Below are positions 52,586 to 60,399 of a stretch of 64,000 nucleotides of DNA, piece by piece. Made by a program: the position numbers and the translations under genes. Within the stretch, counting starts at the first letter, position 1. Every line of letters starts with the position of its first letter. The notes under the pieces are model-generated. The model did no database searches and was not told the origin of the DNA. It saw only the letters and a program-made list of their open reading frames with translations. Origin of the DNA: Bacteroidales bacterium (GTDB taxonomy: Bacteria; Bacteroidota; Bacteroidia; Bacteroidales; WRGA01); assembly GCA_031553395.1 (NCBI GenBank), contig JAVBLR010000011.1, forward strand, positions 10,379 through 74,378, read 5' to 3'.

Positions 52586-53068
52586 TACCTTTGTATCGCT
52601 AAAGTTTTCAAATCGAACGTGTGTGCGTTCCACTCCATTTTGGTAGTGGTTTTTTATTTGTCATGGCCACAAGTCCCATATATTATGGCGGCGTGTACCC
52701 CTGTGTCAACATTGTAATGGTGTTGACAAGTTCGATTTGTAACTTTAGCAACGGGAAAGGCACGCCGTTTTTCTGTGCCTAAATGCTAAAAAACAAATCA
52801 TTATGTTTAACAATTCAAAAAAGGTTTTCAGGTCTCGACAACTTGCAAAAGAAACTCGTCAACATTTCAAGTCTTACTTTTCAGAGAACTATCCACCTGT
52901 CCGAAATCTCAAAGTTAAAATCGACCCGCACAATCGTCAAGTCATCGCTTCTGCGAAATTCAACAAAAGAAGATTATATGCTCGCGCTCGAACTGTTGAA
53001 AAATGTTTCAATTTTTTCGTTTGCGAATATCAGAAAAAAAGTTTTGACTATCAATTAAAGTATACCTT
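52586..53068 (+). mobile_element. Putative inserted cassette carrying a CI/c4-like antisense RNA module and a small ORF
   Basis: Bounded by direct repeat TACCTT (52586-52591, 53063-53068); own -7 box TACCTTTG; antisense to the host operon leader. Confidence 0.55.
52687..52769 (+). ncRNA. CI/c4-like small structured antisense RNA
   Basis: Closing stem GCGGCGTGT/GCACGCCGT, CCC/GGG, hairpin TGTCAACATT/GGTGTTGACA, hairpin AAGTT-CGATTTGT-AACTT plus bulge TAGCA; complementary to 52598-52618 and 52784-52799. Confidence 0.7.
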
Positions 53069-53078
53069 GATATTATAA
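52803..53078 (+). CDS. Small basic hypothetical protein downstream of the CI/c4-like RNA (overlapped by a second 91-codon frame, 52783..53058)
   Basis: 91 aa; beta-beta-beta-alpha-like pattern LKVKID..VIASAKF..LYARARTVEKCF; which frame is translated is unresolved. Confidence 0.55.
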   Translation: MFNNSKKVFRSRQLAKETRQHFKSYFSENYPPVRNLKVKIDPHNRQVIASAKFNKRRLYARARTVEKCFNFFVCEYQKKSFDYQLKYTLIL

Positions 53079-53155
53079 TGACGATACAAAAATAAAACAA
53101 GAATTACAAAAGCGGGTTTTCTTTACGGCTCAAATAATTTTGTTGAAAAGTTCAA
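53071..53155 (-). promoter_or_regulatory. AraC-type operator/promoter, copy B (cupin-flavodoxin-Fe-S-AKR operon)
   Basis: -7 box TATTTTTG at 53087-53094; 74/85 identity with copy A. Confidence 0.75.
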
Positions 53156-53161
53156 ACAGAA

Positions 53162-53245
53162 CCTTGCACCCTTTGCGAACCCTTTGCGTTCCTTGCGGTT
53201 CTATTTTACCGCAAAGGACGCAATGATTTCGCAAAGAACGCTAAG
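53162..53245. repeat. 9-mer REP-like inverted element, arms in tail-to-tail order
   Basis: ctttgcgaaccctttgcgttccttgcggtt-ctatttt-accgcaaaggacgcaatgatttcgcaaagaacgctaag. Confidence 0.8.
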
Positions 53246-53252
53246 TTTCATT

Positions 53253-54080
53253 TTAGTTTGTATTTGTCGGAGAATAACCAAATTGTCTTTTGAATGCCGA
53301 CGAAAAGTGTGATAAGTTTTTAAAGCCTACTTCAAGATATATGTCGGAAGCCCTTTTGTCTTCGTGTCGGATTTTATCGTGAGCTACTTTTAATCTTTTT
53401 TGTATCAACCATTTTTCGGGTGTAAGTTCGCTTATCTTCTTGAAATCGCGCTTAAAGGTAGCAAGGCTTCTTCCCGTGAAATGAGCAATATCTTCTATCG
53501 AAAGGTCGTACATATAGTTTTTATCCATAAAATCGAGAATGTCGATTTTCCACGGTTCGGTAAAATCAAACAAGGTAGGATAAAATCGTTTGTCAATAGC
53601 CAAAAGAGTGTAAACGCTTTCTATCAGTTTCAATTGCATAAATTCATCCTTCGGCTTGATGGAAGGATCGAAATACGGAATCATCGAACTGAACAAGCTT
53701 TCGATTTCGGTAGTACGAGGAAGTTTTATAACGCTTTGTTTGAGAATGGGAGCATCTTCGGGAAGGCTTTTTTTATCGAATTCCCGATACAGGTTTCTTA
53801 ATAAATCGCGATTAAACATGATAAATATTCCGCCATATTGTTCATCTCCACATGGCCTTTTGGTCATGGAAACCCGATTGTCCCGGCGGATAAAAACAGA
53901 TTCACCCTTACGAATTACAGTCTTTTTATTACCTTCCTCCAGAAGCATTTCGCCCGAATATATATACACCATGGCATGATTACGCGCCATATGCGCACAA
54001 CTCGATTCATTATTGAAAAAATAGCTGAAAAATATATCAGAATACTTGAACCGTAACGATTCTTTGCAAGTTTTTTCCAT
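53253..54080 (-). CDS. AraC family transcriptional regulator (ExsA-like N-terminal domain)
   Basis: LFDFTEPWKIDILDFM, GRSLATFKRDFKK, VGFKNLSHFSSAFKRQFG; start at MEKT (54080). Confidence 0.93.
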   Translation of the reverse strand: MEKTCKESLRFKYSDIFFSYFFNNESSCAHMARNHAMVYIYSGEMLLEEGNKKTVIRKGESVFIRRDNRVSMTKRPCGDEQYGGIFIMFNRDLLRNLYREFDKKSLPEDAPILKQSVIKLPRTTEIESLFSSMIPYFDPSIKPKDEFMQLKLIESVYTLLAIDKRFYPTLFDFTEPWKIDILDFMDKNYMYDLSIEDIAHFTGRSLATFKRDFKKISELTPEKWLIQKRLKVAHDKIRHEDKRASDIYLEVGFKNLSHFSSAFKRQFGYSPTNTN

Positions 54081-54104
54081 GTTTTTAATTGAATGATTAT
54101 GTTG

Positions 54105-54172
54105 CAAACATACAAAGAAAGATTTGGATTTGCTTTGCTGAAAGGCTTAAATTGCGTTGTCGAAAAGGTCAA
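54105..54172 (-). promoter_or_regulatory. AraC-type operator/promoter, copy C (araC gene itself)
   Basis: -7 box TATGTTTG (54105-54112); TTGACCTTTTCGACAA...TTAAGCCTTTCAGCAAA at nearly the same spacing as copy B. Confidence 0.6.
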
Positions 54173-54194
54173 TATTTTTCCACCAAATGATAAT

Positions 54195-54370
54195 GGGTGC
54201 CTCGCGTGAGGGATAGAAACGGAAAGCCCGCAAGTTTTTGCGGCTGATGCAAGGGAGGAACGACCGCAGCAGAAGCTACAAAAACGAGGACTTGCAGTGG
54301 ATAGCCCGACCCCGCCGCGTAGGATGTTGAGAAATGAGATTAAGAATTGGACGGCGGGGGCACGCCCAAA
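54195..54370. ncRNA. GC-rich structured repeat, copy 2 (Flavo-1-like, strand uncertain)
   Basis: Same four conserved blocks as 37976-38151 with different but still pairing stems. Confidence 0.65.
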
Positions 54371-54466
54371 AGAAAAATATCTTGGCGAAAGGCAAATGGC
54401 AAAAGGCGAAAGAATGCGTTAACAATAGAAATAACACGATTTATTACTGATTTTATGCATAAAATA

Positions 54467-54535
54467 AAAAAAGTCGTCCGGGAAAGTTAAGAACCCTTTT
54501 CGGCAAATGCTAAAAAGAACTTTCGGACGACTTTT
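54467..54535 (-). terminator. Long terminator hairpin after the btuG-like gene
   Basis: aaaagtcgtccg ... cggacgactttt with T-run on - strand. Confidence 0.7.
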
Positions 54536-54551
54536 GCTCTGATAAAAATGA

Positions 54552-55637
54552 TTATCTTTCTACAAAAACAATCGAATTTGGACTTATTCCTACATCAACA
54601 ATTTTCTTTTGTAATTTACCTTCGGGATTGAATTGTAAAATATCAGCTTTTCCTGTATAATCGGTTACATTGGCAACATACACATATTTATCCTGTGGAT
54701 TTACGGATATGGCATAAGGAATATCTAATTTCGTTCCATCGGTAATAAAATTATCCTTCAGCAATGTTTCTGTTTTTACATCAAAAGAAATTAATTTTTG
54801 ATTGATAACATTATAGGAATCATCGTATTCATACGAATAAACATAGGCCAAATCATCGCAAATCGTAAAATTGGATGCCTCGAAACCAAATGTATCAACT
54901 AATTCATCCTTATTGGAATCAATTCGTTGCAAACATGATTTCAAATTAGGTGTATAGTCTCCCTTTGAAATCACATAAACATCTCCATATTCGTCGGCTA
55001 TCATTTTTCCGGGATTAAGCCTTACTGTAATATCTTTGTTTTTTGTAAACGTTACAACATCAATTACCGAAACCGTATTACCACCACCCATTCCCGAATT
55101 GGAAATGTAGATTTTACCATTTACAACACATATTCCATCGGGTGCATTTCCTATCGAAATCGTTTTATCTACAATTAATGAAGCAGTATCAATCCGGCAA
55201 ACGGTATTATCAAACGAACAAATGTATGCTTTACCTTGATAAAAAGCAATCTGACGCGGTTCCTTACTTGCTCCGTTATCCTTCTTCATTTCAACCTGTT
55301 GGATAGATTCTCCCGTTTGAGCATTCATTACTTCGATTATTCCCGACCCTGTTACAACACAATACATTTTACTTCCATAAGTTGCCATTTGATTGGGTGT
55401 ATCACCAAGCACACGGCTATTTACTTGAGAAAAATAATTTGTATACAGTTTCGACTCATCGAAAGAATAAAACGACAATGAACTCGAATTCAATTGATTC
55501 CACACTCCCTCATTACAGGTAAAAAACCCTGATGTTTCAACAGGTTTAATCGGTTCAACGCCATCATTGTCATCGCTACAACTTACAATGAAAACGGATA
55601 AAAAAATCAGTAAAAAGTAATAAAATCTAAGTTTCAT
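54552..55637 (-). CDS. btuG: YncE/BtuG-type beta-propeller surface lipoprotein (B12 binding)
   Basis: Lipobox IVSC + acidic SDDNDG export signal; NEGVWNQLNSSSLS, LGDTPNQM, EPRQI; downstream of btuB under a B12 riboswitch. Confidence 0.8.
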   Translation of the reverse strand: MKLRFYYFLLIFLSVFIVSCSDDNDGVEPIKPVETSGFFTCNEGVWNQLNSSSLSFYSFDESKLYTNYFSQVNSRVLGDTPNQMATYGSKMYCVVTGSGIIEVMNAQTGESIQQVEMKKDNGASKEPRQIAFYQGKAYICSFDNTVCRIDTASLIVDKTISIGNAPDGICVVNGKIYISNSGMGGGNTVSVIDVVTFTKNKDITVRLNPGKMIADEYGDVYVISKGDYTPNLKSCLQRIDSNKDELVDTFGFEASNFTICDDLAYVYSYEYDDSYNVINQKLISFDVKTETLLKDNFITDGTKLDIPYAISVNPQDKYVYVANVTDYTGKADILQFNPEGKLQKKIVDVGISPNSIVFVER

Positions 55638-55666
55638 AATTATTTGAATTAATGTTTGTTATTTAC

Positions 55667-55734
55667 TACCCCTGTCCCCTAAAGGGGAACGCTACAATGT
55701 AGAATGGTTCGTTCCCCTTTAGGGGACAGGGGTA
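55667..55734. repeat. Perfect 25-bp inverted repeat (CCCCT..AGGGG family)
   Basis: TACCCCTGTCCCCTAAAGGGGAACG-N18-CGTTCCCCTTTAGGGGACAGGGGTA. Confidence 0.9.
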
Positions 55735-55740
55735 AATTAT

Positions 55741-57780
55741 TTAAAATTTCGCAGAAATAGTAACCCGATATGACCGTCCTTGCATCGGATATCCGTTTAC
55801 TACACTGTATTGCATATTACCAACATTCAGAATTTCGGCTAACAAGCTGATATTCGTTTTATATAAATTTACATCTTTTTTTACAGATAAATTTTGGTCG
55901 GCGTAACCCGGCATCAAATTTTCTTTTGCATTTTGGTCACCCCAATACCGTTCGCCCGAAAACAAGATATTATATCCGAAAACAAACCATGGAAAATTAA
56001 AACTCACAGATGCTGCTCCCGAATGGTTGGGTGTATAAGGTAATTGGTTATTATATAACTTACTTTCGTAACTAGTTTTGGTTTTATCCAGTACTTTTTG
56101 ATAGGTATAATTTCCTGATAAATCAACTTTTAATTTTTCACAGAAATTCAAATTAGCACTTGCTGTAACATCCAATCCTTTTATATCCACTAGTCCTTTA
56201 TTGACAATGCTCCAGTAAAATAAATTACCGATAGGAATTGCTACAATTTTATCTTTCACTTTATTATAATATCCGTCAACCGAAAGATTAAAACCGGAAA
56301 ACCAACCCGAAAAAGACTTGCTCCAAGTTATACCAATATCATATTGTGTTGTATATTCAGGCTTTACATTTCTATTTCCAACTTGTGTGTAATACAAGTC
56401 ATTGAAAGTCGGCATACGAAAGATTTCCTTGTAGAATGCTCGAATTCTGAATTCTTCTTCAAATGGCTTTACCGAAAAGCTGATTGCCGGCGTTATTTTT
56501 TGATAATCATCACCTGCCGTTCCAATTTTCACTTCGTTTTTTACAACTGTTGCCAATAAACTTCCAGTAATCGAAATTCTATCCGTTACATATTTCGCCG
56601 CTAAAGACGTAAGCCATGAATAACGCGTCGGACAAATAAATCCTGCCGTATCCGTATCCATTTGATTGATAAATCCATCAGTTGATAAGGAAATATTCAA
56701 TGTAGGAAGAAGTTTATACAATACTGCTGCCGATGCATAATATTCTTGTTGATAATAGGTATTTCCCTTTTTGGCAACTAATGTATCCGAATGATTGGGG
56801 TCAGCGCGGTCAGGATCGAAATAATATTGATATGTCCAGGTATATTTTCCATTAAATTGGAACGATAGTTTTTGTGAGAAATCGTTTTTGTATTGCGTCT
56901 GTACAAACAGATTTTTATCCCACAACCGTTGATGAGATGCATTGGGCGCATTCACAATTATTGCTCCGGGAAGTCCTCTTTCCGACTGATAATAATATGC
57001 CTTGAGATACATATTACCTTTGTTTTGGAAATCGGCATATACAGCCGGTTCAATACGAAAAGATTGTACATCTGTGTTTTTCCGTTTGTAATCGGAATAT
57101 GTTCCATGATGTTCAAAATCTGACGTAAACGGATAATCACCGTCTGTTTGCATATATTCTCCCGATAAAGACGAAGAAAATATATTATTCCATTTATTAT
57201 TGATGTATAATGATGGATTCCAAAAATTGAAGGAACCGACTTTTAATTCTGCTCCGCCAGAAACAATTTGATTTTCATTAAATAATGGCGCTACATGCAG
57301 AACATTCAACACACTTGCCGAAGAAAGCATCCGAGCCGGTTGGAAAATATCTTCGCTTTGTCCGTTATTCAGTGTAATCAGACTTACATTATCTAACGAA
57401 AATCGTCCGATATCAACCATTCCCGATTGCGCATCGCTCACAAGCATTCCGTCATAACTCATTGCCGTGTGGGCAGCTCCCATTCCACGCACCGAAACAG
57501 TCTTCATCCCTCCCACTCCACCAAAATCCTTTACTACAACTCCCGAAAAATGCTTTACAGCATCCGACAGTTGCAATACATTCATCGTTTTCAATTCATC
57601 TTTATCGATGCTTTGAACAGGCATTCCCGAACGAAGATTTTTCGCCGCAATATTTTCCGTAACCTGGACTTCTGTCAATTTATTGACAAACAAAGAATCA
57701 GCCTGTTCCGCATATAAACTATACGCAAAACAATACACAAAAAATATACACGTAATTTTCCTGAAAGATGGAAATAACAT
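55741..57780 (-). CDS. btuB: TonB-dependent cobalamin receptor
   Basis: Plug (DAVKHFSGVVVKDFGGVGGMKTVSVRG), RMPTFNDLYY..GNRNVKPE, C-terminal YPMQGRSYRVTISAKF; B12 riboswitch upstream. Confidence 0.88.
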   Translation of the reverse strand: MLFPSFRKITCIFFVYCFAYSLYAEQADSLFVNKLTEVQVTENIAAKNLRSGMPVQSIDKDELKTMNVLQLSDAVKHFSGVVVKDFGGVGGMKTVSVRGMGAAHTAMSYDGMLVSDAQSGMVDIGRFSLDNVSLITLNNGQSEDIFQPARMLSSASVLNVLHVAPLFNENQIVSGGAELKVGSFNFWNPSLYINNKWNNIFSSSLSGEYMQTDGDYPFTSDFEHHGTYSDYKRKNTDVQSFRIEPAVYADFQNKGNMYLKAYYYQSERGLPGAIIVNAPNASHQRLWDKNLFVQTQYKNDFSQKLSFQFNGKYTWTYQYYFDPDRADPNHSDTLVAKKGNTYYQQEYYASAAVLYKLLPTLNISLSTDGFINQMDTDTAGFICPTRYSWLTSLAAKYVTDRISITGSLLATVVKNEVKIGTAGDDYQKITPAISFSVKPFEEEFRIRAFYKEIFRMPTFNDLYYTQVGNRNVKPEYTTQYDIGITWSKSFSGWFSGFNLSVDGYYNKVKDKIVAIPIGNLFYWSIVNKGLVDIKGLDVTASANLNFCEKLKVDLSGNYTYQKVLDKTKTSYESKLYNNQLPYTPNHSGAASVSFNFPWFVFGYNILFSGERYWGDQNAKENLMPGYADQNLSVKKDVNLYKTNISLLAEILNVGNMQYSVVNGYPMQGRSYRVTISAKF

Positions 57781-57861
57781 AATAAAACTATTTGATAATT
57801 AACCAAATAGCATCCGAAAAAATTGAAGTAAAAAACACTGAATAAAAGTGTCCGATGAACT

Positions 57862-58104
57862 TCAAGCTTTATTCCTCGAAAGCCGTTGAATTATATACAT
57901 TTGGCAGGTCTTCTGACTTACTCCGTTTTTTGGACTTCCTTCCCATTCCATTATGGAACAGTGGTTGAGTATTGTCCTAAAACTTCAGCATCAATTGTCA
58001 ACTATTAATTGTCAATTGAAGTAGAGCTTACAGCAGCGGGTCTGTTCAGGATTTTCACCTGATTCCCTTTTCAGCGTTTATTGAATCAATAAAGCGCCAC
58101 CAAA
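57862..58104 (-). promoter_or_regulatory. Cobalamin riboswitch upstream of btuB
   Basis: Minus strand: TGGTGGCGCT...AAAAGGGAATCAGGTGAAAATCCTGAACAGACCCGCTGCTGTAAG...ACCACTG...TGGGAAGG...AGTCAGAAGACCTGCC; -7 box TACCTTTG at 58112-58119. Confidence 0.95.
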
Positions 58105-58220
58105 ACTTTTGCAAAGGTAGAACTATATTTTAGAAATCAAAACTGTTTTTAAACAAAGACAAATTTTTTATTAGAACAAATAACCCATTTTTTTTATACT
58201 TTTGCAGCCAAATTTTTCGT

Positions 58221-58589
58221 ATGAAAACTCTATCAACTATCGGATTATTAGTTTGTTCTAATATTTTTATGACCTTCGCGTGGTATGGTCATTTAAAGTT
58301 TAAAGAAATGAATTGGTTCAGTCACTGGGGATTACCGATGATTATCTTATTCAGTTGGGGAATCGCTTTATTCGAATATTGTTTTCAGGTTCCGGCAAAC
58401 CGCATTGGATTCGTTGAAAACGGCGGTCCGTTTAACCTTTGGCAACTCAAAGTTATGCAGGAAGTAATCACGTTGATTATTTTCACTTGTTTTACAACGT
58501 TGGTTTTCAAGAATGAATCTTTTCGTTTGAATCATGCGATTGGGTTTGTGTTTTTAATCTTGGCGGTTTATTTTATTTTTAAGAAGTAA
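58221..58589 (+). CDS. DMT family (DMT_6-type) small membrane protein
   Basis: SNIFMTFAWYGHLK, SWGIALFEYCFQVPANRIG, QLKVMQEVITL. Confidence 0.9.
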   Translation: MKTLSTIGLLVCSNIFMTFAWYGHLKFKEMNWFSHWGLPMIILFSWGIALFEYCFQVPANRIGFVENGGPFNLWQLKVMQEVITLIIFTCFTTLVFKNESFRLNHAIGFVFLILAVYFIFKK

Positions 58590-58597
58590 GAATATTT

Positions 58598-58676
58598 TAA
58601 CCGCAAGGAGCGCAAGGGTTTCACAAAAGACGCTAAGAGAAAGAATTTATCACAAATAATCGCGTACTTAGCGGTA
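58598..58676. repeat. 9-mer REP-like inverted element between convergent genes
   Basis: aaccgcaaggagcgcaagggtttcacaaaagacgctaag ... cgcgtacttagcggta. Confidence 0.75.
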
Positions 58677-58686
58677 AAAAATATTA

Positions 58687-60399
58687 TCAAAAACTATAGT
58701 TGTATCCCAACGTCAACAATGAATTATTCGTTGTAGGTCGAGCTAAAGCCGAACGCCATTGAAAATTATACGCCAGCGTGATATTATTTCTTTGAATAGG
58801 TGAATATGAAGTATTTAACCTATATATAAAAACTTCATTTTGTTTAGTTCCTTCTAATTGTCCGACATTATAAGACAAAGAACTCGAAAGATTTACTTTT
58901 TTCTTAAGTAAACGGGTAGATGCTCCCAAAGTTGGCCCCCACGTCAATGTATTGCCATTTAATATCTTACTGTTATTTACATTGATTGCACTGTTGATCG
59001 TTAAACCGGATTGAATAAATGTCCATGAATAAGCAGCTGCACCATTTATCATTTCGGTTACGCTTCCGGGATGATAAATTCCACCTTGTTTATTTGCTGC
59101 ATCCTGGTATGAAAAATTCATATTTAAGTTATGCAATTGAGATTCATTCTTTTTAGTAATAACGTTTATATTCAGATTGGCTGATTGACTTAATTGTACA
59201 AAATTAAGTGTATCCAGATTATCCAACTGATTGGCTTGATTAATCAATTCGAAATTAGAACGAACATTCGTATATGTCTGAAAATTCGAGTAAGACAAAT
59301 TTGCATTGAACCGTTCACTCAAATTGGCTGCAAAGCTTGCCGAAATAACCATACGAGATGAAGCGCTGGCTTTGTTTTTTGCTAAATCATCGCGTTGGTA
59401 ACCAAAACTAAGATTCACATTCATTTTATTTTGCCAGAAAGATTGATACCCATTCAATGTAATATTCTCCAAATCATTGGTAAAATAATACGCTCCTAAT
59501 GTTCTGTAATCCGGATCGATACGTTCATAACCAATTCCAAAGCGATTGGTTTCGCCTACATAATTTATTTGAGCCTTAAATGCATTGTAGTGGGTGGTAG
59601 ACATATTACTTCCCGGCCACAACCCGATTATTCCACTATTATTGCCTTCGGGCGAACGAGTATCTCCAGTCAATATACTGAACCCATATTCTCCACCTAA
59701 TTCAATGAATTTAACAGGTTTATACATAAACATCACAGAACCCGCCAGATTTTTCATAGGTGTAATTCCAAAAGTATCCAACGGCATAGCCACAGACTCC
59801 AACTTATCTTCGGCGCTAAACATATTTACAGATACTTGATAATTCTGTTTTATTCTCCCGGCTTTAAATCCGTAACCCATCCGTTTATAATTGGGCAAAA
59901 AAGCCGGACACACTTGGTCGTATTCAACAGCCTTCAATAAACGTCCGTACATGGCCGAAAACTCCCATCCGTCGGGAGTCAAATCAACTCCGGCTCCGGT
60001 AAACATATGTCCGCCGAGAGTATATGGAGAAAAAGTCATGGATACATCTCCGAGATGTCCTGTAATCCATTTGTACGAAGGATGAATACTCAACCGATTG
60101 GGAGTAGAAGGCAAATTATAACTTGTTCCCGAATTCGTAAAACTAAATGAAAAAGGTAGATTAATTTGACCATAAATATTCAAATTAATATTTCCATTAA
60201 GATAATATGCAAAAGGATCACGTCCCGAAGTTGCATTTCCTGCATTCACAACAGAACTTGCAGAAAAACCTCCATTCAGTTTCAACGGTTTGCCTTTACC
60301 AAACATGTCTTTCAAATCTTCTATTCTGAAACTTTGTGCATTCGAAGATAAAGCAAACAAAGTCAAAACAAAAAATAAAACAGAGTATCGTTTAATCAT
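58687..60399 (-). CDS. Outer-membrane beta-barrel protein of unknown function
   Basis: Signal peptide, alternating amphipathic strands, YERIDPDYRTLGAYYF, C-terminal LTLGYNYSF BAM-type motif; overlaps the PKD gene by 8 nt. Confidence 0.8.
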   Translation of the reverse strand: MIKRYSVLFFVLTLFALSSNAQSFRIEDLKDMFGKGKPLKLNGGFSASSVVNAGNATSGRDPFAYYLNGNINLNIYGQINLPFSFSFTNSGTSYNLPSTPNRLSIHPSYKWITGHLGDVSMTFSPYTLGGHMFTGAGVDLTPDGWEFSAMYGRLLKAVEYDQVCPAFLPNYKRMGYGFKAGRIKQNYQVSVNMFSAEDKLESVAMPLDTFGITPMKNLAGSVMFMYKPVKFIELGGEYGFSILTGDTRSPEGNNSGIIGLWPGSNMSTTHYNAFKAQINYVGETNRFGIGYERIDPDYRTLGAYYFTNDLENITLNGYQSFWQNKMNVNLSFGYQRDDLAKNKASASSRMVISASFAANLSERFNANLSYSNFQTYTNVRSNFELINQANQLDNLDTLNFVQLSQSANLNINVITKKNESQLHNLNMNFSYQDAANKQGGIYHPGSVTEMINGAAAYSWTFIQSGLTINSAINVNNSKILNGNTLTWGPTLGASTRLLKKKVNLSSSLSYNVGQLEGTKQNEVFIYRLNTSYSPIQRNNITLAYNFQWRSALARPTTNNSLLTLGYNYSF

